Virus record (IMG/VR): IMGVR_UViG_3300011187_000002
DNA from: a virus
Lineage: Duplodnaviria > Heunggongvirae > Uroviricota > Caudoviricetes
Length of the DNA: 64,000 bases
Direction: 5' to 3' (one strand)
Shown here: one piece after another, positions 47,911 to 57,562 of the stretch
How positions within the stretch are numbered: the stretch's first letter is position 1
How the letters are laid out: each line of letters begins with the position of its first letter
Notes under the pieces: model-generated
Seen by the model: only the letters and a program-made list of their open reading frames with translations
Database searches by the model: none
Told to the model about the DNA's origin: nothing
Program-made: the position numbers and the translations under genes

Positions 47911-48183
47911 ATGGTATTGAGCCGAGACGACATAAACGATAAAGCCAAGGAAAGGCACCGCAGCCTGTTCGAGGAACTGGAATCGGAAATTGACTCCAGC
48001 CTTGGTAGATACGACCCCGACGACTTGAACGAATATTCCCCGGTTCGGATTGAATACAAAGGGTACATGCCCGAGTTCGTTCGTCAGTGGCTCAGAGACG
48101 AGTACGGGGAAGGGGGCTGGGTCATTTCGATTTTATTCATACAAGGCGCACCCGACTACGAATGGACCATTCAAATTTACTGA
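47911..48183 (+). CDS. hypothetical protein
   Basis: promoter copy at 47853. Confidence 0.55.
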   Translation: MVLSRDDINDKAKERHRSLFEELESEIDSSLGRYDPDDLNEYSPVRIEYKGYMPEFVRQWLRDEYGEGGWVISILFIQGAPDYEWTIQIY

Positions 48184-48245
48184 TCTTCAAAAAGTGGTAA
48201 CATGTTGGATTATCAGAGTGAAAAAAGGATGAGGCGGGATGCGCC

Positions 48246-48524
48246 TTGAGTTTGGTTTTTCTAGGCGCGGCCTACGTGCTTAGGTTTTACGCGGCCTTTG
48301 TGTTCATGGAACTTTGGGGTTGGTACCTCGTCCCTACGTTTGAGGTACAAGAGCTGCCTTACGTGGTGGCTGTAGGCATGACGCTCATGGCCACTACCCT
48401 TAACCGTTCGATGGGTTCAAAGGATACCCAAGACCCTGCATGGGTGCTAACGTCACTGGCCGCGATGTTCATATCGGTCACGTTGACGTGGGCCTTGGGT
48501 GGATTTTTGACCCTGTTCATGTAA
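48246..48524 (+). CDS. small membrane protein
   Basis: three hydrophobic segments. Confidence 0.55.
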   Translation: MSLVFLGAAYVLRFYAAFVFMELWGWYLVPTFEVQELPYVVAVGMTLMATTLNRSMGSKDTQDPAWVLTSLAAMFISVTLTWALGGFLTLFM

Positions 48525-48545
48525 CCCCCTTTGTTGGGAAAAGAT

Positions 48546-48905
48546 ATGCCCGATTTGACCACCGAATACTATTGGCACTGTGCAAGCGTGGAAGCCTTTC
48601 ACAAGGTCGTAGAATCAAGCAGCAGCGACAAGACGTACACTGTGCGGCGTGACCTTCACAGCCACAAGTATACGGACGAGGTAGAGTTCGATTGGTCGTG
48701 TACGTGTCCGTCCTATGAATACCGGTGTGGCCCCAACCCGAAGCAAGACCGCTATTGCAAGCATATCAAGGCGGTTCGAGATTCAGACGCTTACTGTGGT
48801 TGGATGCAGGGCACGGACGGCGGCACCCCGGATTACGACGACGAAGGTATGGCCCATTGCCCTGAGTGTGGCCGCAAAGCAATCTCACAAGGCTACGACG
48901 TCTAA
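48546..48905 (+). CDS. SWIM zinc-finger protein
   Basis: YTV...WSCTCPSY...CKHI plus CPEC. Confidence 0.75.
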   Translation: MPDLTTEYYWHCASVEAFHKVVESSSSDKTYTVRRDLHSHKYTDEVEFDWSCTCPSYEYRCGPNPKQDRYCKHIKAVRDSDAYCGWMQGTDGGTPDYDDEGMAHCPECGRKAISQGYDV

Positions 48906-48914
48906 AAACCAACT

Positions 48915-50210
48915 ATGGGTAAGAAACGACGACGAAAACGCCGTAAGTCCCAACGCCAGAGTCCCGCCGAGTTCAAGGCGGCTTTGCGTCCGTTGTTCTG
49001 GAGATCTCTGGAAGGGCCTTATAACGGTACCGCCTTCGACCAGACTCTCGTCGCAGTGGCCGATCTCTTGACGCAAAATGAATTGGGCGTCGAAGACTTT
49101 TACCAGACGGACTACGGCAAGGCGGTCATCGACCTGTATGAAGAACTGGTCCCTAAAGTGGGCTGGCCGCAGGACCCCGCTGAATTCGATAGCCGATGGG
49201 AACGCGCAAAGGAAGTCCTTTTCGACGAGAACAAACCCTTGCATACGATGGAGGCTTTGCCTCTGATTACCGTTGCGGATTTCACTTACCGGTTGGGGAT
49301 GCTTTTCGAAACGGCGTTTCTTTTCACGGGGTCGAGTGGCAACCGTAACGCACCCTATGAAAACGAACCTGTGTTCCGGTTTCTATCCACCGAGCAGTCA
49401 CGGTTTCAGACCATTTACCGTTGCGTGAACAGGGTAGCCAAAACCACCCTTGACCGGTACGCCATCTGTAAAGCCTTGCCCGCCGAGCAAATGGTTCCGC
49501 AAGACCCTGAAACCGAACGCATCCGGGCTACGACCATGACGGAGTTGTTTGCGACAGGCAACAACGCCTTCGTCATATCGGACACGCTTCGGGAGATGTT
49601 CCTGAAAACCGATCTCCTGAAAATCGAAATCGACGCTATTGACCTGCCCTATTCGGCTTTCCAGCTAATGACTGAAGACCGGACGGTGTTCTTTACGCAC
49701 ATCCCGGCGACGTCAGGAAGGTCACTTTGGATTTTCGATAACGTCGAATACGGTTGCGTCCACCTCAAGCAAGACGAAGACACTAAGACCTTGGGCGATC
49801 TCTGGGACTGTTTGCCCGAGGGGTTCTGGAAAAACCACCCGGATTCCGCGCAGGCTTGTGAAGAGGCGTTTAACTTGGTGTGCAACCTGAGCCTGTATCT
49901 GGCGACCCGTAGCCCCGAGGTAAAGTCCGAAGGGCGTAAAACCAACAGAGGCAAGGGCCGCAAAAAGTCTCGTAGGCGTGCTGAGTTGGACTACACGCCT
50001 ATCCGTCGTGTTCTGTACCCCAGCGCCCATGTAGGAGCTAGAAATGGCTCTGGAGGCGTTTCACGCAAAGCACATTGGGTACGTGGACACTGGCGTAAGC
50101 AACCTTATGGTCCCCGAGACGATCCGAGGTACGAACGCATCTGGATTGAACCCCACCTCCGGGGTGGCGACGAAGGTACATCTGGTGAAACTCGCAAATA
50201 CAAGGTCTGA
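48915..50210 (+). CDS. hypothetical phage protein
   Basis: 431 aa; C-terminal HWVRGHWRKQPYG...WIEPH motif. Confidence 0.75.
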   Translation: MGKKRRRKRRKSQRQSPAEFKAALRPLFWRSLEGPYNGTAFDQTLVAVADLLTQNELGVEDFYQTDYGKAVIDLYEELVPKVGWPQDPAEFDSRWERAKEVLFDENKPLHTMEALPLITVADFTYRLGMLFETAFLFTGSSGNRNAPYENEPVFRFLSTEQSRFQTIYRCVNRVAKTTLDRYAICKALPAEQMVPQDPETERIRATTMTELFATGNNAFVISDTLREMFLKTDLLKIEIDAIDLPYSAFQLMTEDRTVFFTHIPATSGRSLWIFDNVEYGCVHLKQDEDTKTLGDLWDCLPEGFWKNHPDSAQACEEAFNLVCNLSLYLATRSPEVKSEGRKTNRGKGRKKSRRRAELDYTPIRRVLYPSAHVGARNGSGGVSRKAHWVRGHWRKQPYGPRDDPRYERIWIEPHLRGGDEGTSGETRKYKV

Positions 50211-50614
50211 TGAAATACAATGAAGACGGCACTTACGAAATCGAAGATAAAGACTTTCCTGAATGCTCTGTGTGTGGGAAACCTACCAAGACCTTGAAGC
50301 GGGCCTACGGTTACTTTTGCGAAGACTTGTGCGAACTTGAGCGTGCAAAAGATAACCGAGAAGAATGCTTAGACCTGTTGCAGGGTCTCATGGGTATGTT
50401 TGGGGTGCCCGGCAACATTCGTGACGCGGCTCCGTCCCCGGAAGGTGAGCCAAACGACGATAACCCTTTCGGTATCAAGCCGTTGCGATGTTTAACGCGG
50501 GTCCGCGCCTTGCAACCTATTGGTTCGTATGGCAAGATGACTCGTGCAAGCAACCCTCTTACGTATTCAAAGGGAATTGGGGAGCTAAAACGTCCATACC
50601 TTTTTCCGAGTTGA
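50210..50614 (+). CDS. hypothetical Zn-finger protein
   Basis: CSVC...FCEDLC. Confidence 0.5.
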   Translation: MKYNEDGTYEIEDKDFPECSVCGKPTKTLKRAYGYFCEDLCELERAKDNREECLDLLQGLMGMFGVPGNIRDAAPSPEGEPNDDNPFGIKPLRCLTRVRALQPIGSYGKMTRASNPLTYSKGIGELKRPYLFPS

Positions 50615-51042
50615 AAGACAGTGTGCGCAATGACTTTCGACAAGGCCATACGTGAACTGGATAAGGGCCACAAGATAACGCGAGCCTCCGTGCGTCTTTT
50701 GAAATGCAGCCGGTTCTTTATCAAGAGCCGGGATATGGCATGGAAACTGGTCAACGATCCCGAAGAACTGTTGGCCGATGATTGGGTAATTTACGGTAGC
50801 GAGGAGCACCTGAGATATGAGCACGAAAATAACCGTTAACGGTAAGACAATCGAAATCGAAGGGTCGGTCAATAACGTATCGGTCCAAGGCAACAATATC
50901 ATCGTCAACGGGAATTCCGTTGCGGGCGATGTGACCGAACCATCACCACGGTCGAAGGCAATTTCGAATGGACCCGGTTCCATTTCGAACCGGATGACGA
51001 CGTAGACGAATGGGAAACTATGATGGTTGAAGAGGGAATGTA

Positions 51043-51534
51043 ATGACGATCTCTAACGAAATCCAAGGCGACGTTTTCGCGGCGCTGGAAGAGCGTACCC
51101 AACCGACACTCCTTATGCACGGGTGCAACATGCAGGGCCACATGGGGAGTGGCATCGCCAAGGTCATCAAGGACAAGTGGCCCTACGTCTTTGACACCTA
51201 CAAGAATTTCTGTGACGGCAAAGCCGGTGGGGAGGTCACTCTAGGAGGTGTCGTGATCTCGCCCACCAGTCCAAAGCTGGAAGAGGGTACGCCCCCGCTT
51301 TACATCGCCAACGCCCTAACCCAAGAGTTCTGGAGTCGGGAAAAAGCTCAAGCCGACGTCGAGGCTATCGAAGAGGCGCTGGCCGGTATCGAGCGCACGT
51401 TAGGGGACCGGGCCGATAGGTGGGGGTTCGTCACGGTACAAGTCGGCTGTGGCCTTGGTGGGTTGGATTGGGAAGCGGACGTAAAGCCGTTGTACGAAGC
51501 CAGTGGGCTGGACTGGACGGTCTATTACCTGTAA
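51043..51534 (+). CDS. macrodomain (ADP-ribose-binding/hydrolase) protein
   Basis: QGDVF, HGCNMQGHMGSGIA, IANALTQ, GCGLGGLDW. Confidence 0.88.
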   Translation: MTISNEIQGDVFAALEERTQPTLLMHGCNMQGHMGSGIAKVIKDKWPYVFDTYKNFCDGKAGGEVTLGGVVISPTSPKLEEGTPPLYIANALTQEFWSREKAQADVEAIEEALAGIERTLGDRADRWGFVTVQVGCGLGGLDWEADVKPLYEASGLDWTVYYL

Positions 51535-51543
51535 GAGGGCCGC

Positions 51544-51903
51544 ATGGCTGACGAACCAGAAAAGAAAGGTGCCTCCACGGTCGAAGAATGGCTGGCCCAA
51601 GGCAACGAAATCGACCGGTCCGTGATCGTTGAACAGAAGGCCAAGTACAGCGACCACGTACATAAGTGGGAACCTCGACCCGGTTGGCATGGGCGTTACC
51701 GATGCACCGAATGCAAAGCGTTCGGCTGGCGACGGTCTGCGGTAACAGGCGGTGCCGTCACGAAAGACGCGGATCGCATCGTCGAGTACCTTTGCTGTAA
51801 ACCCGATTGCAAGGGCTGGGCTATCGGAAAAGAAAGTGACCAGTGGAAATGCCAGCGCCACTATAGCGGGAAGAGCCGTAAGCCCGAGAAGACACCTTGG
51901 TAA
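51544..51903 (+). CDS. Cys/His-rich hypothetical protein
   Basis: CTEC, CCKPDC, CQRH. Confidence 0.55.
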   Translation: MADEPEKKGASTVEEWLAQGNEIDRSVIVEQKAKYSDHVHKWEPRPGWHGRYRCTECKAFGWRRSAVTGGAVTKDADRIVEYLCCKPDCKGWAIGKESDQWKCQRHYSGKSRKPEKTPW

Positions 51904-52302
51904 CTTGACGAACTCTATACCCTGTGGTATGGGGTAGTGACAAAGATAGTTCGTTCGCCCGCGTAGCGGGCTTAGGGTAAAATTGGTTTTTGGGTGTAGA
52001 CACCACGCTCGATAGAAGTCACAATGAGCGAAGATTTGCAAAGTGGAGGGGAAGTGGGCGGGGGCCGAATGAGCCGCCAGCGGGCAGAGTCCCTTCTGAA
52101 AAGGGTGCGTGACGAAAGCGCCGAGTTGTTCTTTTCGGGACCGGGGCCTGCTGGTGGCCATCTATTTTCCGACGACCGGAAACGGTTGGCACGTTTGCTA
52201 AAAGCCGAAGACGCATTGCGGGCTTACCTGAAAGCGTTGGATACAGGACCCGAGTAACAAATGTTACATTCATAAGTTACATATATAACATGAGGAAGTC
52301 AC

Positions 52303-52638
52303 ATGAGCCTTGACCCGAGGATCTTAGTCGAACAGTTGCGCCAAAATAACCGCTACGAAGCGATGCGGAGGCTCGACGACATTGCGATACCGGAATACAA
52401 ATCATCGTACCTCCGGGACGTCAAAGATTCGTATGGCTTGCGCTACACGATTATCATCGACGTGTACGAAACCCCAACTGGATTGTCCGTTTCTCCTTTC
52501 GTCGAGTTCGGTGAGGGGGACATGGTAAGTACGATCCGATGCTCTGCGGAGAATGAATCCATCGGGGATATTGAATCCCAATGCGACAAGTTCTGGCGCA
52601 ATTTCGGGAAACCTTATGACCAACCCATCCTGAACTGA
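52303..52638 (+). CDS. hypothetical protein
   Basis: GAGG RBS. Confidence 0.55.
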   Translation: MSLDPRILVEQLRQNNRYEAMRRLDDIAIPEYKSSYLRDVKDSYGLRYTIIIDVYETPTGLSVSPFVEFGEGDMVSTIRCSAENESIGDIESQCDKFWRNFGKPYDQPILN

Positions 52639-52639
52639 T

Positions 52640-53209
52640 ATGTCCTACGTTTTCTACTGCATGAATGACGACTGCGATTGGGATTCCGAGACTTCCCAGC
52701 GCAGTCGTTACACAGATAATTGGATGGGCGGCTCGTGGAAATGCCCTTTGTGTCATTCGGGTGTGCGATCTAAAGGTTCCACTGTGGAAGTCGTAGAAAC
52801 AAACGATGAGAGACGTGACGCCATACGAAAAAATAGCGAATGGCTCAAGGAACACGCCGATGATCCTAAGTACGCCGGGAAATGGATAGCGCTGGATACC
52901 GGTGTGCTGGTGGCCGCTTACGACAGTAGCGAAGAGCTTATCGAAGCGGTCGATGACCCCAAAAATTACCTCGTGACCCGCTTAGGCCCTTACGATTGGG
53001 AACCAAAAGACCTACCTGAACCGAAGGTACCGACGCCTTTCGTGCTCGAAGATACGGGCAGGCGGAATTCTAAGGGACATCGGATCGTCAAACTCATGAC
53101 ACGTAACACAGCCGGACCTAACCGGTTCGGTAATGCCGAAAGGCTAGGCTCCTTTTCGCTTGACGATGAACATTTCGAAATCCTGAAACAGCTTTTGAAC
53201 CCCAAGTAG
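52640..53209 (+). CDS. Zn-ribbon protein with DUF5678-like segment
   Basis: CMNDDC..CPLC; KYAGKWIAL. Confidence 0.6.
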   Translation: MSYVFYCMNDDCDWDSETSQRSRYTDNWMGGSWKCPLCHSGVRSKGSTVEVVETNDERRDAIRKNSEWLKEHADDPKYAGKWIALDTGVLVAAYDSSEELIEAVDDPKNYLVTRLGPYDWEPKDLPEPKVPTPFVLEDTGRRNSKGHRIVKLMTRNTAGPNRFGNAERLGSFSLDDEHFEILKQLLNPK

Positions 53210-53216
53210 GATCCAC

Positions 53217-53660
53217 ATGCCCATCCACAACCACAGCGTGTTCGGGGTCTTGTGGGGTGCCATGCCTGAAGAGCTGCAGATCCTGACGGCGATTCGAAAG
53301 CCGAACGTCGTGCATTTCTATGAGGCGGGGCTTTTGGTCGAGATCAAATGGCGTTTCATGTACGAAGGCGATGCCTATGTGAGTTGGGCATACGACGAAA
53401 TCGTAGCCGCGTGGTACCTCGAAGATGACCGCATCGCATACGAAGATGTTCGGTTCAACGGGCCGAACTATGAACACAAAGTCCAAGCCGATTGGCTACG
53501 GGACGATGATCATACGCTGAGGGCAATCGAACGCTGCTTGTTTCGGGCTTATTATTCCCACCCCAAACCCGACGAAAGCACCATCCATTATACAGTGGCA
53601 GACCTTCACCGTTACTTGGAAGCGACAGGACAGGAAGGTGTGTTTTACGACGGCCCGTAA
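53217..53660 (+). CDS. hypothetical protein
   Basis: AGGA RBS. Confidence 0.6.
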   Translation: MPIHNHSVFGVLWGAMPEELQILTAIRKPNVVHFYEAGLLVEIKWRFMYEGDAYVSWAYDEIVAAWYLEDDRIAYEDVRFNGPNYEHKVQADWLRDDDHTLRAIERCLFRAYYSHPKPDESTIHYTVADLHRYLEATGQEGVFYDGP

Positions 53661-53731
53661 AAAAAATTTCACCAGTTCCGGGTCGCAAACGTTTACCTAG
53701 TGAACCATGAACCCCACACTAGGAGCCTGAC

Positions 53732-53941
53732 ATGCCTTTCCTCAAAGCCCTTGTCGCTGTCCCTTACGTCGCCGGTGCCGTTGTGTTCCGGCTGCTTGTA
53801 GGACTCATCATCTTGGCGGGAGCCCCTGTAGTGGGGGCTGTTTATTTCGGTGTGAAATGGGGCCTGACCCTGTGCGTAATGAACATCACCTATGGGTTGG
53901 CCGAAGACTTTGAGCGGATTCGAACGTTCGTAAAGTCCTGA
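53732..53941 (+). CDS. small membrane protein
   Basis: AGGAG RBS; hydrophobic. Confidence 0.5.
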   Translation: MPFLKALVAVPYVAGAVVFRLLVGLIILAGAPVVGAVYFGVKWGLTLCVMNITYGLAEDFERIRTFVKS

Positions 53942-54146
53942 ATCATTTGACCCCAACCCCGCGTGAACACATTAGATTTTGCGAGATTCGGGGATCGTCT
54001 GAGGTTCTGAACCCGAGATATTTGGATCGTTTCTTAAAAAACCTTTTGACAGGGTGGATCCGGTAGGGTATAAAGGGTACAGATGTTGGAACAAGGACGT
54101 TCCCGAGACGACGAACTTACTACGAATACGAAACGGAGAAAAGCAA

Positions 54147-54728
54147 ATGGCAAACGGAAACCTCGAAGCGCGTAAAGACTTCATTCAGTCATTCATCAAA
54201 CAGCACCCCACCTGCGAAGCGGGTGGGTTGTACGATGCCCTCGAAAAGGAATGGCCTGACGTCAGCCGTGGTGGACACCGTTCGCTGGTGTACCGTGAGT
54301 TGGACGAGGCGGAGCGCCCGTGGGAACGCACCCATGCCTGCCCGAAGTGCGAAGTGGAGGCACAGGGGCTGGAGGCGATCGACGCTACGTTCGGTTTCCG
54401 CAACATGTCGGATGGCAAGCGCCGTGTCCAGTCGTGGTGCCGTCAGTGCCGCAAAGAGGACGCCCGCAAGCGTCGGAAGAAGAAGGCCAAAGCCGAGGCG
54501 AAGGCTGAGAAAGCCAAGGCCAAGCCGAAGAAGAAAGCGAAGAAGGCCAAGGCCAAAAAGGCCGAGAAGCCGGTCGAAGAGAAATCGGTGACCGAAATGA
54601 CGGTCGCCGAACTCCAAGACCAGTTCACCAAGAAGGAACTCAAGGCCAAGCTCGACGCCTTGGATCTCAAGGTGGGTGGCAACAAGCCCGAGTTGGCCGA
54701 GCGCCTCCACGCTGTGGTTGCCGGGTAA
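54147..54728 (+). CDS. Zn-ribbon, Lys/Ala-rich linker and C-terminal SAP-like DNA-binding domain protein
   Basis: CPKC...FGFR...QSWCRQCR; KKELKAKLDALDLKVGGNKPELAERL; paralog of 62033..62416. Confidence 0.75.
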   Translation: MANGNLEARKDFIQSFIKQHPTCEAGGLYDALEKEWPDVSRGGHRSLVYRELDEAERPWERTHACPKCEVEAQGLEAIDATFGFRNMSDGKRRVQSWCRQCRKEDARKRRKKKAKAEAKAEKAKAKPKKKAKKAKAKKAEKPVEEKSVTEMTVAELQDQFTKKELKAKLDALDLKVGGNKPELAERLHAVVAG

Positions 54729-54805
54729 CGGCTAGCCGCCCCACGACATAGACGGTCTTCCAAGGATCGTCCCTGCGTAGTTTCCAGCGCTATGTGGGTA
54801 CGTAA

Positions 54806-54848
54806 GCCCCGGATGGTCCCCCCCCGGCCATCCGGGGTTGTTTTTTTG
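54806..54848 (+). terminator. intrinsic terminator
   Basis: ccccggatgg/ccatccgggg stem followed by a T7 run. Confidence 0.75.
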
Positions 54849-54901
54849 TACCCAAGGCCAAATTTTATTTTGACACACCGAGATCGCTAGGGTATAGGTT
54901 A

Positions 54902-55228
54902 GTGAGGACGAGGTTACTACTGAATAAAGAGGGTGCCATGAACAGCCGATACGACAAGCGCACGAACGAAAAGTACCGTGGGAAAGCTACAATTGTGCGT
55001 GGGATCCTTTTGTGGGGCCTTACTTTAGCCCTGTGGGTAGGCGTGTTTGCCCTTGGCGGCCTGTTTCTCGACCACCTCTTCGGCTATGACGTCACGGGCC
55101 TTACGGCTTTGACGGGTGGGATCTTAGGGGCCAGCATCGAGGCTGTCCATTTCGTGAAGCAATATACGAACGAGCGAACCCGCAATTACATTGACGATTT
55201 CAACGAAAATTACGAAAACGACGCATGA
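54902..55228 (+). CDS. membrane protein (true start probably 54938)
   Basis: two hydrophobic helices; promoter copy at 54870. Confidence 0.55.
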   Translation: MRTRLLLNKEGAMNSRYDKRTNEKYRGKATIVRGILLWGLTLALWVGVFALGGLFLDHLFGYDVTGLTALTGGILGASIEAVHFVKQYTNERTRNYIDDFNENYENDA

Positions 55229-55535
55229 GCGCAGCACTAACCTAATTTACGATACGGAAAGGACCAACGCTATGAGCCAGATCGAATACAGAGACGAGAC
55301 TCACGAACGCAACACCAAACTTTTCAAACGGTGTGGTTTCCAAGGTGAAGGCGGCCTTTACAGCCGGAAAAACAACTGGAAAATGCCGGTGCGTGTGGTC
55401 GTCGAACAGGACGAATCTGAAGCAATGGTGAACGCTATCACGTTTTTCGTCGGCGGCGTCGATAACGTCGAATTGCTCGACGACGGAATGGTCAAGATCG
55501 AATCGCTGGGCTATTACCACCACATCGGTGCTTAG
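55191..55535 (+). CDS. hypothetical protein (true start probably 55272)
   Basis: AAGGA RBS before 55272. Confidence 0.55.
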   Translation: MTISTKITKTTHERSTNLIYDTERTNAMSQIEYRDETHERNTKLFKRCGFQGEGGLYSRKNNWKMPVRVVVEQDESEAMVNAITFFVGGVDNVELLDDGMVKIESLGYYHHIGA

Positions 55536-55538
55536 GGC

Positions 55539-56588
55539 TTAGTCGTCGATATCCTGACCACGGACGATGAGCTTAGTGAACATCTGTTCGTGGTCGGAAC
55601 CCAAGACGCCCATCGCATACATGCCGAACGCTTCGCAGAAGTGCTCTTCCCTATCGGTTGCAGCGTATTGGGAAGGGTAAGCAAACTCCTGAACATAGGC
55701 GTCACGGATCTGTTGAAGGGTCAGGTAACCGTCGTCTGTGACGTAGAATTTAAGCCCTTCGATTTTTTGAATGACGGGATCTTTCAGACCTTTGAGATCG
55801 AAACCGAGGGGATCACCTACATCGGGCAATGGCATATCGTCCGAGCCGTATTGACAGCGACCGTGCCAGCGGGACCAGTTTTGTTTTTTCGATTTATCGA
55901 GGGACTTGTCCCAGAGGCGGTGCCCGAATTCATGGATCAAATAATGCACGGCGTCCGATCCGATGTTTTTGCGCACCCGGAGGCTAATATTGTCCTTGCG
56001 CCTGTTGTACCAAGCCATTGTATGGGCCTGTTGCAACCGCCCGACCAGATAGATATCGCCGTACAGGAGGGATTTCGCTTCGGGGACGTCGGTCTTGCCG
56101 ATGAACTTGGTGGCCTTGCGGATGAGATCCTTAATGAGTTCTAGCTCTTTGCCTTCGGCCCCTACCGTATTGTGGATCTTAAAGGGGCCTAGTTCGAAGA
56201 GTTGTTCGCCGCCCATCTGTTTTTCGGGGAAATCTTCGGTCTTCAGGAGGAATTCGACGCGACGCCGTTTCTTTTCGACCCACGTCTTAGGCTTTCGGGG
56301 TGCCCTCCTAACGGAAAGGAAAGCCCGCGTGGCCATTTCTAGGCTCTTGGCCTTGTTGGACGGCACCGCTTTGTTTTCCAGCACGAACCGCGAAAGCTCA
56401 ATACCCCTGTTGATGAAAGGGACCAAGACGTACTGACTGACGGCTTTCGCGGAACCCCTTTTACTTTCATCGAGATCCTCCACCTTCCGCTGTACCTTCT
56501 CCCAATGATCACGGAACTCACGGTAAAGCTGGCGTCCGTCTGTAGCGGCCCATTTACGCATGTCCTTTTCCTTGATCAAACGTCGCAT
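55539..56588 (-). CDS. zincin-like metallopeptidase (lethal-factor-like motif spacing)
   Basis: LIHEFGH and SQYAATDREEHFCEAF. Confidence 0.75.
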   Translation of the reverse strand: MRRLIKEKDMRKWAATDGRQLYREFRDHWEKVQRKVEDLDESKRGSAKAVSQYVLVPFINRGIELSRFVLENKAVPSNKAKSLEMATRAFLSVRRAPRKPKTWVEKKRRRVEFLLKTEDFPEKQMGGEQLFELGPFKIHNTVGAEGKELELIKDLIRKATKFIGKTDVPEAKSLLYGDIYLVGRLQQAHTMAWYNRRKDNISLRVRKNIGSDAVHYLIHEFGHRLWDKSLDKSKKQNWSRWHGRCQYGSDDMPLPDVGDPLGFDLKGLKDPVIQKIEGLKFYVTDDGYLTLQQIRDAYVQEFAYPSQYAATDREEHFCEAFGMYAMGVLGSDHEQMFTKLIVRGQDIDD

Positions 56589-56747
56589 GTGGCGTCCTGT
56601 TTATCTGAAATGTCTTAACTCGGAGGTGGAAGTCCTGAGAAAGCCCCTACCGAATCGAAAGGTTCGATACACACGCAACGGTATATAAATGAATCATTGG
56701 CCTTAGCTTGACGCTGGCGTCCTGCTTGGGTACGATACGTAACGGCT

Positions 56748-57164
56748 TTGATGCGTGGAACTCCTATGCTATCTAATCATTTCAACGAACACGTGCTGTT
56801 GCGCAGTCTTTTGGGCGAAGACTGGCAAGATATCCCTACGACCCTGCAGCTAAGACCGGGAAGCATCAAGATGGAATGGTATTGGTGGCCTCCGGGAAAG
56901 CGTATTTTGCCAATCGTTTTGGTAGCGTACCTAGACCATGACGGCCATTTAACGTGCTTCATGCGTTCATCGATGTTCACCGAAAGATCCGTTCCGCTAT
57001 CGGACTGGAAAGACAAACACCTGAAATACCAAAACACACTCGAACTCGAAAGCCCCCGCGAAGGCACAGCAAGGTATGGAGGCTTTACGGCTTCGGTTCT
57101 GGTCCAGCAATTGCTTTGGGTGCTCGACCAGAAACCAACGATAGGGGTCACTTCCTATGCTTAG
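56748..57164 (+). CDS. hypothetical protein (probable start MLSNHF at 56766)
   Basis: first of three related tandem genes. Confidence 0.55.
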   Translation: MMRGTPMLSNHFNEHVLLRSLLGEDWQDIPTTLQLRPGSIKMEWYWWPPGKRILPIVLVAYLDHDGHLTCFMRSSMFTERSVPLSDWKDKHLKYQNTLELESPREGTARYGGFTASVLVQQLLWVLDQKPTIGVTSYA

Positions 57165-57562
57165 AAACATGCTCTGGGAAATTGAGTACATGCACCATTT
57201 GACCGGGCGTATGGACATACCTCCGCCCACACAGATCACTGGAGATGAACACGGTTTCATACTGTCGTGGACGGTCTGGAAAGACGAACCGCAAAAAAAA
57301 CTTTGAGGATGACCCCTCTTACCCGAAAAGAATACGCACCTTCCGCCTATACCTGTCGAAGACACAGGATACGCGGTGGGTGCTGAACATGAGGGACCGC
57401 CATGTTGATTACAGGGTCGACAAAGATCAATGGATTGAAGATTTTGTGAACACGCAAAGTGAGCATCGGGTCGAGCACAATTATGGCTGGGTGGGAAGGG
57501 GTGGTGGTTTCAAGGATCCCGATGATTTGATTGCAGGTATCCGTAACTTGCTGGGGTTGTAA
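57157..57562 (+). pseudogene. paralog of 57562..57975 frameshifted in an A8 run
   Basis: MLRNMLWEIEYMHHLTGRMDIPPP stops at 57306; removing one A at 57293-57300 restores the frame to 57562. Confidence 0.7.

Noticed and set aside
51937-52022. Possible small RNA after a promoter-like site
   Set aside because: Only short stems (GTGAC/GTCAC, GCCCGC/GCGGGC); too weak to support without computation.
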